A stretch of DNA of 64,000 bases from Paramuribaculum sp. Lineage in GTDB: Bacteria > Bacteroidota > Bacteroidia > Bacteroidales > Muribaculaceae. Below, one piece after another: positions 1-9,170 of the stretch. The notes under the pieces are model-generated. The model was not told the origin of the DNA and did no database searches. It saw nothing but the letters and a program-made list of their open reading frames with translations. The stretch's first letter is position 1. Every line of letters starts with the position of its first letter. The stretch lies in NCBI GenBank assembly GCA_022511125.1, contig JAFLSD010000009.1:5026-69025 (forward strand). Reading direction: 5' to 3'. A program made the translations under genes and the position numbers.

Positions 1-513
1 GGCAATAAAACCATTACAACGGGGGGTGGTGGAATGCTTCTGTTCAATAACGCCGATTTGGCAGCAAAAGCCAAACATCTGTCAACTCAAGCAAAGATGA
101 AACATCCATGGGAATTCCGTCATGACCATATAGGGTATAATTACAGGATGCCCAATATCAACGCGGCTTTGGGTTGTGCCCAATTAGAACAATTAGACGG
201 ATTTATCGCTAACAAGCGCCAAACCGCAACACATTACAAGGACTTTTTCGAATCAATGAATGGCAATTTCCGGTTCTTTAGCGAGCCTCCGCATGCTTTT
301 TCAAATTACTGGTTAAACGCGGTAATAACGCCCAACAAGGTGATCCGCGACGGATTCCTTGAATACAGCAATTCCCATGGGGTAATGACTCGACCCGTAT
401 GGGAGCTTATGTCGGGTCTAAGAATGTGGCGAAACGCACCGAACGATGGTTTGGCTAATTCAAAATGGGTGGCAGACCGGTTGGTAAATATCCCTTCTGG
501 TGTCAGATTCTAA
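1..513 (+). CDS. DegT/DnrJ/EryC1/StrS-family sugar aminotransferase, LegC-like (5' truncated by window edge)
   Basis: Frame is open from base 1: GNKTITTGGGGMLL (PLP lysine motif), then HDHIGYNYRMPNINAALGCAQLE and NYWLNA, all typical of LegC-type aminotransferases. Confidence 0.85.
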   Translation, partial: GNKTITTGGGGMLLFNNADLAAKAKHLSTQAKMKHPWEFRHDHIGYNYRMPNINAALGCAQLEQLDGFIANKRQTATHYKDFFESMNGNFRFFSEPPHAFSNYWLNAVITPNKVIRDGFLEYSNSHGVMTRPVWELMSGLRMWRNAPNDGLANSKWVADRLVNIPSGVRF

Positions 514-1074
514 CTATTTATCACGGCTGGCTGAGCCGAACCTTTTCCACCGCTCTTCCGGAATTCCTATAGCCAATTGTTCATGACGAGCCATCACGAA
601 GAAGAGATCGGACAAGCGATTGAGATACATCAACACATGGTGTGATAAAGGGAACGAATCGTTTAAACGTAAAAGCTGACGCTCCGCCTTTCTGGCAGAA
701 GTGCGCGCGAAATGCATTAAAGCAGAAACTTTCGAACCTCCTGGGATTATGAAATATTCCGACGGCACTGAACTACTCTCAATTTCATCAATCATTTTCT
801 CTATCTTTTCAACATTAAAATTGGGACAAAGAAAGCCCTCAAGATGCATGGAGGCTATGGAGCTCATCAGCGTCATCAGGCGCATCTGAATATCTTTTAA
901 AAACGGCTGGCGGCGATCATCCATATCCATGAAAGCCCTAACAAGGCCGATTGCAGTATTCAATTCGTCAATTGCGCCGTTTGTTTCTATTCTTATATCC
1001 GTTTTAAGCACGCGTAAGCCGCCTTTTAGCGATGTCATGCCTGAATCACCTGTTTTCGTATAAATTCCGCTCAT
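514..1074 (-). CDS. PduO-type ATP:cob(I)alamin adenosyltransferase
   Basis: IYTKTGDSGMTSL..GG.RV.K.D.RIE.NG.IDELN N-terminus and ARTSARKAER / YLNRLSDLFF motifs. ATG at 1074 overlaps the cbiA stop (ATGA). Confidence 0.9.
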   Translation of the reverse strand: MSGIYTKTGDSGMTSLKGGLRVLKTDIRIETNGAIDELNTAIGLVRAFMDMDDRRQPFLKDIQMRLMTLMSSIASMHLEGFLCPNFNVEKIEKMIDEIESSSVPSEYFIIPGGSKVSALMHFARTSARKAERQLLRLNDSFPLSHHVLMYLNRLSDLFFVMARHEQLAIGIPEERWKRFGSASRDK

Positions 1075-2390
1075 AGTCCCCAAAGTTTTAGAATATCTGT
1101 TTCGGCCCAATAAAGATGAGAGTATCCAGCTATTACATTCTTATGTCTGTAAAGTCCAGTTGTTACTTCTTTTCCTTTTGCAGATGAAATCCGTGCTATT
1201 GATTTCAATACTGAAGGTTCTTCAAGCCGAGAATAATGAAATTCATGACCTTTTAAAATAATATTTCCGACTGCTAAAGTTCGATAACCGAGATGTAATC
1301 GAGAATCCGTCATTGTCGCTATAATAGGAAAAACGCCACACATGGGATGATTATCAATCCTTTCGGTGAGATACATAAATCCGCCACATTCGGCTAATAC
1401 TTTTCCTTCATTCTCACAAAACTTTTTAATACTCCGACGCATGGAGACGTTTGCTGAAAGAGATTCCAAATACAACTCGGGATATCCACCCGGAAGATAT
1501 AAGATATCACATTCGGGCATCCTATCATCAGACAAAGGAGAAAAAAATCGGATAGAAATATCATATCGTTGGTTACAACGCAAAACCCGGAGATTTGCAT
1601 CGTATATGAAGGAAAAAGCATCGTCACGTGCCACAGCTATTGCAAGAGTTTTTTTTTCTTTGATTAATTTTCCTTTATCGCTTATGGTTTTGGGAACTCT
1701 CATTTTCATTGCTTCCAGAAGACGATTAATATCTACATGTTCTCCTACAGAATGAGCACATTCCCTGATATAACCCTCCATCAACTTCCTGTCATCAATA
1801 TTAAGTCCAAGATGTCGTGAAGGCATACGGAGAGCCTCATTTTTACCAAGGTAACCGAAGCAATTAACCCCAATTTCGTCACAGGCTTCTTTCAGTAGTC
1901 GGAAATGTGAGTCTGAAGAAACATTATTAAAAATCACCCCCTTGAGATTGATTGACTGATCGAAATTCTGAAATCCATAAATCAACGGGGCGACAGAAAA
2001 GGCCGCAGAAGCACCATTTACGACAAGAACTACAGGGAGTCCAAGTGTTTTGGCGACCTGTGCACTGCTACCGAAGGATTTATCATAACCATCAAACATT
2101 CCCATAACTCCTTCAACAATGGCTATATCGCTTTTTTGCACCGAAGATATATAGATGTCTTTAACATGGGCTTGGGAAGACATGAAAAGATCAAGATTCA
2201 TTGATTTTTCTCCGCTCGCCATTTCATGAAATCGAGTATCAATATAGTCAGGCCCGCATTTGAAAGGCGCAACTTTATAACCACGCTCGGAAAGGAGTCT
2301 CATCAATCCAATGGACAAAGTAGTCTTTCCTGCTCCCGATGAAGCTGCAGCGATGACGAATTGCGGTATTACAAACCTTTCTTCTGACAT
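1071..2390 (-). CDS. cbiA: Cobyrinate a,c-diamide synthase
   Basis: AAASSGAGKTT P-loop, FKCGPDYID, EGVMGMFDG, and glutamine amidotransferase motifs LYLPGGYPEL, AECGGFMYL, GHEFHYS. Start taken at MSEERF (2390). Confidence 0.92.
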   Translation of the reverse strand: MSEERFVIPQFVIAAASSGAGKTTLSIGLMRLLSERGYKVAPFKCGPDYIDTRFHEMASGEKSMNLDLFMSSQAHVKDIYISSVQKSDIAIVEGVMGMFDGYDKSFGSSAQVAKTLGLPVVLVVNGASAAFSVAPLIYGFQNFDQSINLKGVIFNNVSSDSHFRLLKEACDEIGVNCFGYLGKNEALRMPSRHLGLNIDDRKLMEGYIRECAHSVGEHVDINRLLEAMKMRVPKTISDKGKLIKEKKTLAIAVARDDAFSFIYDANLRVLRCNQRYDISIRFFSPLSDDRMPECDILYLPGGYPELYLESLSANVSMRRSIKKFCENEGKVLAECGGFMYLTERIDNHPMCGVFPIIATMTDSRLHLGYRTLAVGNIILKGHEFHYSRLEEPSVLKSIARISSAKGKEVTTGLYRHKNVIAGYSHLYWAETDILKLWGL

Positions 2391-2779
2391 ATCCTGCAAA
2401 TATATACAGAAAAACAGGCAAATACAAATGCGCCTGCGCAATCGGCCATAAAATCCCACCAATCGCTGGTGCGGCCTAATCCCATAGCATCTTGTAAAAT
2501 TTCAATCAGTCCTCCCAAAAATGAAGAACAAAACATTGCCAAGATCATTAAGGAGGCATTTATAAAATGGTTTTTACGCCAACCGTCAAATACAATCGTC
2601 GCACTAAAAGCCCCAAACATAAGAAAATGGACAACTTTATCAGCATGAGGGAAGAGTTTAACATTTTTACCAGGAGAGACATCTGGAGCCAATGTTAGAA
2701 ATAATATTATTAAAAATATTATCGCTGAATAAAGAAAAGGAGGAGCAGCAATCAATCTGTCGAAGGTTTTCTTCTTCAT
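2369..2779 (-). CDS. VanZ-family membrane protein
   Basis: HADKVVHFLMFG, GGLIEILQ..MGLGRTSDWWDFMAD..G motifs and four hydrophobic segments. Confidence 0.85.
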   Translation of the reverse strand: MKKKTFDRLIAAPPFLYSAIIFLIILFLTLAPDVSPGKNVKLFPHADKVVHFLMFGAFSATIVFDGWRKNHFINASLMILAMFCSSFLGGLIEILQDAMGLGRTSDWWDFMADCAGAFVFACFSVYICRICQKKGL

Positions 2780-2784
2780 AAATG

Positions 2785-2792
2785 CAAAGTTA
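2785..2792 (-). promoter_or_regulatory. Bacteroidota -7 promoter box (TAACTTTG) for vanZ-cbiA-pduO
   Basis: Plus-strand caaagtta matches the TAnnTTTG consensus, 5 nt upstream of the vanZ start codon. Confidence 0.65.
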
Positions 2793-2999
2793 TATGTTTA
2801 TCTTCTTTCAAAAAATCAATCAATAAATTTTTGAAAAGAATTTAAAGAAATTAATGTATAGTAGTTCCGCATCCTGAAAATACAACAGAAGCAAAAATTA
2901 GGGCATATTGACGACAATATTTCTTTAAACATCATTGTAACGAATAGGAAATTATCAAAATAAAAGGGTGAGATTCTTACAGATTGAAGCAAAAATAAC

Positions 3000-3007
3000 T
3001 ATCTTTG
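3000..3007 (+). promoter_or_regulatory. -7 promoter box (TATCTTTG) for the NSS transporter cluster
   Basis: TAnnTTTG match followed by CA, about 30 nt before the ATG at 3037. Confidence 0.65.
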
Positions 3008-3036
3008 CAATGAATTGTAAGCAGTGGATTATTTAA

Positions 3037-4398
3037 ATGGCTAAAAAACCTGAGTTTGCGTCCAAAATAGGACTGATTGCTGCCACAGTGGGATCGGCTG
3101 TAGGTCTGGGCAATATTTGGCGTTTCCCCGCTGAGACCCAAGCCAATGGGGGCGCGGCCTTTTTGTTGATTTATATATTGTGCGTTTTTCTACTCGGTGT
3201 TCCGGTGATGAGTGCAGAATTTTCTTTGGGCAGAGCCGGAAGAAGCGATGCAATAGGTGCGTTTAAAAATACAGGCGGTTCAAAAAAATGGTGGGCTGTA
3301 GGAGGACTGGCAATACTTGCCAGCTATTTCATCCTATGGTTTTATATGGTCGTAGCGGGCTGGACTTTAGAATATCTGTTTCAATCCATCGGAGGGAGTC
3401 TTTATGATTTCACTGCAGGAATGACTGAAGGCGAACATTTCAGTCGCAAAATGGGAGAATTTATAAGTTCCGGTTGGAATCCATTAATAAATACATTCTT
3501 AGCTATCGGCATTAATTTAGCGATTCTAATAGTAGGTGTACAAAAGGGAATAGAAAGATTGTCAAATATACTGATGCCTCTCTTATTCCTAATACTTTTG
3601 ATTTTCTGTTTTGTTTCACTAAGTTTACCAGGAGCGTCCGAAGGTCTGGCTTTTTTCCTCAATCCTGATTTCAGCAAGATCACTCCAACTGTAGCTCTCA
3701 ACGCTTTAGGACAGGCTTTCTTTTCTCTCAGTTTAGGAATGGGTATCCTAATAACATATTCATCTTATTTCCCTAAAGAGACCAAGTTGGCAAAGACAGC
3801 AGTGACTGTATCTTTACTCGACCTTTCAGTTGCCTTTTTAATGGGTCTCATTATTTTTCCAGCCGTTATGTCATTCCATCTTGAAGGCGAAAAACTCGAA
3901 GGAGCTACATTGATTTTTGTAACGCTGCCCGAAATATTTTCAAAGATGAGTTTCACTCGCCTTTGGTCGTCACTTTTCTTTCTGCTCCTCAGTGTTGCTG
4001 CAATCACTTCAACGATCTCTATAGCAGAAGTAACGGTGGCTTTTCTTCAGGATCGCTTCAGGATGTCAAGAATCAAAGCATGTCTGGCCACTCTCCTGCC
4101 CTTGTTTTTATTTAGTACAATTTGTTCGTTGTCACAAGGACCTCTTTCTTCTATCACTATTTTCGGCAAGAATATATTCGATGCACTTGATTCGCTTACG
4201 ACGAACATCTTGCTTCCATTGGGTGCGCTCCTTCTCTGTATATATCTCGGTTGGTTCGCTCCAAAAGCGCTCTTAAAACACGAGTTGTCGAACAATGGTA
4301 CGATACACTCGAAATTTCATAATGTGATCTATTTTATCATCAAATATATAGCTCCAGTGCTTATAGCATTAGTGTTTATTTCAGGTCTTATACGCTGA
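3037..4398 (+). CDS. Sodium-dependent amino-acid transporter (NSS/SNF, LeuT/MhsT-like), copy 1
   Basis: GSAVGLGNIWRFP (TM1), NGGAAFL, GQAFFSLSLGMG (TM6), AAITSTIS (TM8). Confidence 0.93.
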   Translation: MAKKPEFASKIGLIAATVGSAVGLGNIWRFPAETQANGGAAFLLIYILCVFLLGVPVMSAEFSLGRAGRSDAIGAFKNTGGSKKWWAVGGLAILASYFILWFYMVVAGWTLEYLFQSIGGSLYDFTAGMTEGEHFSRKMGEFISSGWNPLINTFLAIGINLAILIVGVQKGIERLSNILMPLLFLILLIFCFVSLSLPGASEGLAFFLNPDFSKITPTVALNALGQAFFSLSLGMGILITYSSYFPKETKLAKTAVTVSLLDLSVAFLMGLIIFPAVMSFHLEGEKLEGATLIFVTLPEIFSKMSFTRLWSSLFFLLLSVAAITSTISIAEVTVAFLQDRFRMSRIKACLATLLPLFLFSTICSLSQGPLSSITIFGKNIFDALDSLTTNILLPLGALLLCIYLGWFAPKALLKHELSNNGTIHSKFHNVIYFIIKYIAPVLIALVFISGLIR

Positions 4399-4403
4399 AT
4401 CCA

Positions 4404-4688
4404 TTGAAAAAGAATGATTTCACATCAGGAGAAAAACGAGGTCTTATTGGCCTTATTGTTCTATTAGCATTGTTATGCGGTATGCTCGTAATATATAGGA
4501 ATTGCGGGCATCATCAGGATCTTAAGATAGAGTATTCTGAGACTTCACCCGATTCTGAAACAAACGACAGTATTATATATAAACCAGCCAAGACATCCAA
4601 ATCGGATAAAAAGAATAATAAGAAGAAAAAACAGCGAAAAGCTAAAGATGGAATCAAAAGGAACTACAGAGACGAATTCACAGACTGA
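4404..4688 (+). CDS. Small single-pass membrane protein with Lys-rich tail; resembles the N-terminus of Bacteroidales ComEA/HhH proteins
   Basis: TTG start, FTSGEKRGLIGLIVLL transmembrane segment and a basic C-terminal tail. It lies between two NSS genes and overlaps the second by 41 nt. Confidence 0.55.
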   Translation: MKKNDFTSGEKRGLIGLIVLLALLCGMLVIYRNCGHHQDLKIEYSETSPDSETNDSIIYKPAKTSKSDKKNNKKKKQRKAKDGIKRNYRDEFTD

Positions 4689-6036
4689 CAATAAAATTAC
4701 AAGAGCTCAATTCACAACAAAATTAGGAGTTATAGCCACCACTGTAGGTTCGGCGGTTGGGCTCGGCAATATATGGCGGTTTCCTTACGAAACCGGAACG
4801 CATGGAGGCGGAGCATTCCTAATATGTTATATATTTTTCATTTTCGTTATCGGTATTCCGGTGATATGCGCTGAGTTTATTATGGGTCGAGGAACCAGAA
4901 GCAATATTTTCGGAGCATTTCGCAAGCTTGCACCGGGAAGAAAATGGTATTTTGCAGGCTATATAGGCATTTTAGCTTCGCTGATGATACTCAGTTTTTA
5001 CAGCGTAGTGGCCGGCTGGACTATAGAATACTTAATTCAATCGGTTTCAGGATCGTTGGCTCTTGCAAATCCAGAGGATTATCATACAAAATTCGATGAG
5101 TTTTCGACGGGCAACGTGCGTCCGGTATTATGGACCTTAGTGTTTCTACTTTTTAATTTTCTAATTCTTCGACGGGGTGTAACTAAAGGCATCGAGAAAA
5201 TGTCGAACATCATGATGCCTCTCCTTTTCCTACTCTTGCTTGTTTTCTGCATTAACTCATTATTGATGCCAAAAGCTCAAGAAGGTTTATATTTTCTTTT
5301 TCATCCCGATTTTTCAGAGATAGATTCCAGCGTTCTCCTCGGTGCTATGGGACAGGCTTTTTTCTCCTTAAGTCTAGGCTTAGGATGTATGGCAACTTAC
5401 GCATCGTATTTCAGTAAAAAGACAAAGCTCATAAAGAGCGCAGGTATTACAGCTTCGCTCGATACTACTGTGGCACTTCTTGCAGGAATAATTATTTTCC
5501 CCGCAGTATTCACTTTCAATATGTCGCCCGCAGCCGGCCCAACTTTGGTTTTTGAAGTACTGCCTTCTATCTTCCATCATCTTCCGGGTGGAGCAGTATG
5601 GTCTTCACTTTTCTTCTTCCTGCTCTTTCTCGCATCGCTAACATCGACCATATCAATGAGCGAGATTTCCATTGCTTTTTTCACCGAAGAAAAGAAAATG
5701 AGCAGAAGGTCGGCTACGATACTCAATACTGCTATTGGTTGTGTTTTCGGCACACTCTGTGCTCTTAGTTTCGGTGCATTATCCGATTTTAAGATTTTCG
5801 GTTTGACAGCATTCAATCTCTTCGATTATGTTTCGAGTAATATTCTGCTTCCTTTCGGTGGTATGCTGATTTCCATCTTTGTCGGATGGTTTGTTGACCG
5901 TAAGTTTATAAAGACTCAATTGTCAAATGACCACAAAGTCAAAGTACGCTTAATGACGCTTATAGTCTTTTGTCTTCGTTTTGTAGCGCCGACAGGTATA
6001 ATACTCGTTTTCCTCAACTCAATCGGTATCATCTGA
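4648..6036 (+). CDS. Sodium-dependent amino-acid transporter (NSS/SNF), copy 2
   Basis: GSAVGLGNIWRFPY, HGGGAFL, GQAFFSLSLGLG, ASLTSTIS. Confidence 0.93.
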   Translation: MESKGTTETNSQTDNKITRAQFTTKLGVIATTVGSAVGLGNIWRFPYETGTHGGGAFLICYIFFIFVIGIPVICAEFIMGRGTRSNIFGAFRKLAPGRKWYFAGYIGILASLMILSFYSVVAGWTIEYLIQSVSGSLALANPEDYHTKFDEFSTGNVRPVLWTLVFLLFNFLILRRGVTKGIEKMSNIMMPLLFLLLLVFCINSLLMPKAQEGLYFLFHPDFSEIDSSVLLGAMGQAFFSLSLGLGCMATYASYFSKKTKLIKSAGITASLDTTVALLAGIIIFPAVFTFNMSPAAGPTLVFEVLPSIFHHLPGGAVWSSLFFFLLFLASLTSTISMSEISIAFFTEEKKMSRRSATILNTAIGCVFGTLCALSFGALSDFKIFGLTAFNLFDYVSSNILLPFGGMLISIFVGWFVDRKFIKTQLSNDHKVKVRLMTLIVFCLRFVAPTGIILVFLNSIGII

Positions 6037-6081
6037 GCACGAAGGTTTGGATTTGAGATTTATTGTGAGTAATTTCGCAAT

Positions 6082-6978
6082 ATGAACCGCATTTCTACAA
6101 ATCCGCTAATTGGCTTTAAACCTAAATTCAAGTCTTTCACGCTGAATTTGGGCGGCCAGATTTTTCATGCCGACAGACCACTGGTCATGGGAATTCTCAA
6201 TTTCACGCCGGATTCGTTTTATGCTGCGTCAAGAGTATCAACCGAATCCGAAATAAGGGATCGTATCTATTGTCTACTTAACGAGGGGGCGGACATTATT
6301 GATATCGGAGGACAATCTACCCGCCCGGGCGCCGACATTGTGAACCCCGATGAAGAACGTCGACGTTTGGAGATTGTTCTGAATGTTACCGGAAAGATGA
6401 CAGAAGACTTGATTATTTCAGTAGATACTTTTCGTGGAGAAATAGCCCGATTTGCGGTTGAAAAGGGTGCATCTATTGTTAATGATGTATCGGGAGGCAT
6501 GGTAGACTCAACGATGTATCAGACAGTAGCCGAATTAGGCGTTCCATACGTAATAACACATTGCGGTTACGATACAAACAATGAGGTTTCAGAATCCTCT
6601 TACGACGCGGAAGGCGGGGTGACTGCTGCTGTAATCAAACTACTTGCTTTCAACATTACAGAAGCAAAAGCAGCAGGGATTAAAGATTTAATAGCGGATC
6701 CTGGATTCGGTTTTGCTAAAACAGTCACACAGAATTACACCCTGCTTCGTGATTTGCCTGTTATTGCAGAAGCTATTGAAAGTCCTCTGCTTGTTGGAAT
6801 GTCGAGGAAATCGATGTTATACAAACCTTTAGGAATAAACTCAAACGAAGCATTGACTCCTACAGTAACTGCAGACACTATAGCCCTTTTGACCGGAGCT
6901 TCTATTGTGAGGGTTCACGACGTTTTGGCAGCAAGACAGACAATCGAAATCATAAAACGCACTTACAATCCTTTTTAA
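6082..6978 (+). CDS. folP: Dihydropteroate synthase
   Basis: MGILNFTPDSFY, DIGGQSTRPG, DPGFGFAK, GMSRKSM, RVHDV. Confidence 0.95.
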   Translation: MNRISTNPLIGFKPKFKSFTLNLGGQIFHADRPLVMGILNFTPDSFYAASRVSTESEIRDRIYCLLNEGADIIDIGGQSTRPGADIVNPDEERRRLEIVLNVTGKMTEDLIISVDTFRGEIARFAVEKGASIVNDVSGGMVDSTMYQTVAELGVPYVITHCGYDTNNEVSESSYDAEGGVTAAVIKLLAFNITEAKAAGIKDLIADPGFGFAKTVTQNYTLLRDLPVIAEAIESPLLVGMSRKSMLYKPLGINSNEALTPTVTADTIALLTGASIVRVHDVLAARQTIEIIKRTYNPF

Positions 6979-6987
6979 CGCCACAAT

Positions 6988-7764
6988 ATGGACGGATTTG
7001 GAATACAAGACATACTCGACATAGCTATTGTAGCACTGATGCTTTTCTATCTCTACAAGATAATGAAAGAATCAGGCACTATAAACATTTTTTTCGGGGT
7101 ATTAGCTTTCATTGTAGTCTGGGTCTTCACTTCCCAAATTCTGGAAATGAAACTACTCGGCACTATTCTCGACAAGTTCATGAGTATAGGTCTTCTTGTC
7201 CTCGTTATTCTTTTCCAAGATCAAATAAAACGTTTTCTGGTAGATTTAGGAGACCACAAGAAATGGCGGTTTTTGAAAAAAATTTTCCAACACAGTCATG
7301 GCGATGATGACTATGATTCAAGGAAATACGTGCTCCCAATAGTTTATGCATGCATGAATATGTCGAAGACCAAAACAGGTGCACTCATCGTCATAGAACA
7401 GCGGATATCTCTTGAAAATTATGAAAAATCCGGCGATATGATAGATGCCGACATCAATTCGCGACTGATAGAAAATATATTCTTCAAAAATTCGCCTTTA
7501 CACGATGGTGCTATGATTATAGCACATGACCGAATAAAATCGGCCGGTTGCATTTTGCCTGTAAGCCACGATAGAAACATTCCACGATCTCTTGGATTAC
7601 GACACCGCTCGGCTTTAGGCATTTCCCAAGCAACCGACGCTTTTGCCATTGTTGTATCGGAAGAGACAGGTTTCATATCGGTTGCCCACAAAGGAATACT
7701 TTCCACCAGAATATCTTCAACCGATCTTGAGCATAGACTTTCTGATGCCCTCAACCAGCAGTAG
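6988..7764 (+). CDS. cdaA: Diadenylate cyclase CdaA (c-di-AMP synthase)
   Basis: Three N-terminal TM helices plus the DAC motifs SPLHDGAMII and GLRHRSALG. Confidence 0.92.
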   Translation: MDGFGIQDILDIAIVALMLFYLYKIMKESGTINIFFGVLAFIVVWVFTSQILEMKLLGTILDKFMSIGLLVLVILFQDQIKRFLVDLGDHKKWRFLKKIFQHSHGDDDYDSRKYVLPIVYACMNMSKTKTGALIVIEQRISLENYEKSGDMIDADINSRLIENIFFKNSPLHDGAMIIAHDRIKSAGCILPVSHDRNIPRSLGLRHRSALGISQATDAFAIVVSEETGFISVAHKGILSTRISSTDLEHRLSDALNQQ

Positions 7765-7776
7765 GACACATCCTAG

Positions 7777-9039
7777 TCAAGCAAGTTCTATCCCGAAACC
7801 TTGCTTTGTAACGCCATCGATAGCTTCCTTATAATCATGCTCGCCTGTAACTTGAGCCATCCCTGATGATAGATTGACAGAAACCTCCAGAACACCAGCT
7901 ATATTCTTAAGCGTATTGGTAACTGTTGACTGACAGTGAGGACAATTCATACCAGTAATTTTATAAGTTGTTGCCTTTTCCATATTTTTTTCCATTTTCT
8001 TATTTTTTATTTTATCGGTTATTTTTCTTCTAACAAAAGAGCTTATTAACAATGCTGTCAATATAACAGAACAAATTATTTCAAGAGTGTTTAAATGAGC
8101 TGCATGGCAATGCATTTCCGCATTACCGTGAGGCATAGACCAGTTACGCGGAAGAAGGAAATCGATCAGAAGCCCGAACAGAATCGAACAGATGACAATT
8201 GCTATCAGATAGATCAAGGCAGCCTTTTTACCTAATTCACGAGATATCAAAGTGAAAGAAGCAAAATTAGCAGCGGGGCCGGCCATCAGAAGAACCAATG
8301 CCGTACCTGGAGAAAGACCTTTGAGCATCAGTGAAAGAGCAATTGGTATTGAACCTGTAGCACACACATACATCGGAACGGCTATAACTACGACGGCAAG
8401 CATTGCTAAAATTGGATATTCAGCTAAGGATGCAAAAAAGTCAGCAGGTACAAACACTGTTATCAGGGCTGCAATAATCAACCCTATAACTAACCATGAG
8501 CCGATACTGTCAACAAGATCTATACAACCGTAACGGAGAGCACTAATCGATTTTTTGAAGATGTCTTTGGGTCTATCGGAAAGTGAACTTTTAACATCTT
8601 CCGACGAGTTATGATTTATTTCGTCTGGCCTTTCGCTATAACCAACTGCCCCACCAGCCATTAATGCCGTTGCAAAAGCTGAAACTGGTCTTATTACAGC
8701 AAAAGCTGGACCTAAAAGCGACCATGTCGCCGCTATACTGTCAACGCCTGTTTGAGGAGTAGCGACAAGGAATGAGGTTGTAGATGCTCTTGAAGCTCCG
8801 CTTCGACGTAGAGAGATAGCGGTCGGCAAGACACCACATGAACATAATGGCAATGGCACGCCTACAAGTGCAGCTTTCAGAACGGATTTCCAACCTTTAC
8901 CCGAAAGGTGTCGAGTGAAAACTGTAGTAGAAATGAAACTATGCATTATTCCGGCAATGATGAAACCCAACAGAATATAAGGAGCCATTTCGCCGATGAG
9001 ATTTATCAGAGTATTAAATATATGATTGATCTTTTCCAT
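7777..9039 (-). CDS. SO_0444-type Cu/Zn efflux permease with C-terminal HMA domain
   Basis: GVPLPLCSCGVLP, ATPQTGVDS, PMYVCATGSIP, AGPAAN, and C-terminal GMNCPHC heavy-metal-binding motif. Confidence 0.88.
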   Translation of the reverse strand: MEKINHIFNTLINLIGEMAPYILLGFIIAGIMHSFISTTVFTRHLSGKGWKSVLKAALVGVPLPLCSCGVLPTAISLRRSGASRASTTSFLVATPQTGVDSIAATWSLLGPAFAVIRPVSAFATALMAGGAVGYSERPDEINHNSSEDVKSSLSDRPKDIFKKSISALRYGCIDLVDSIGSWLVIGLIIAALITVFVPADFFASLAEYPILAMLAVVVIAVPMYVCATGSIPIALSLMLKGLSPGTALVLLMAGPAANFASFTLISRELGKKAALIYLIAIVICSILFGLLIDFLLPRNWSMPHGNAEMHCHAAHLNTLEIICSVILTALLISSFVRRKITDKIKNKKMEKNMEKATTYKITGMNCPHCQSTVTNTLKNIAGVLEVSVNLSSGMAQVTGEHDYKEAIDGVTKQGFGIELA

Positions 9040-9073
9040 ATGTATATCTTCTATAAGGATTGATATTTGTATG

Positions 9074-9081
9074 CAAAATTA
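9074..9081 (-). promoter_or_regulatory. -7 promoter box (TAATTTTG) for the metal permease
   Basis: Plus-strand caaaatta, about 35 nt upstream of the ATG at 9039. Confidence 0.6.
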
Positions 9082-9170
9082 ATACACCCTATTAGGTATT
9101 ATGTTATACAATTTCCCCAAAATCTTACATTATTCTTATCGATATCTGATTAAACAATATAATAACACTA

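Noticed and set aside
2904-2921. atattg-acga-caatat inverted repeat in the vanZ/NSS spacer
   Set aside because: Only 6-bp arms in AT-rich DNA, which is not distinguishable from chance.
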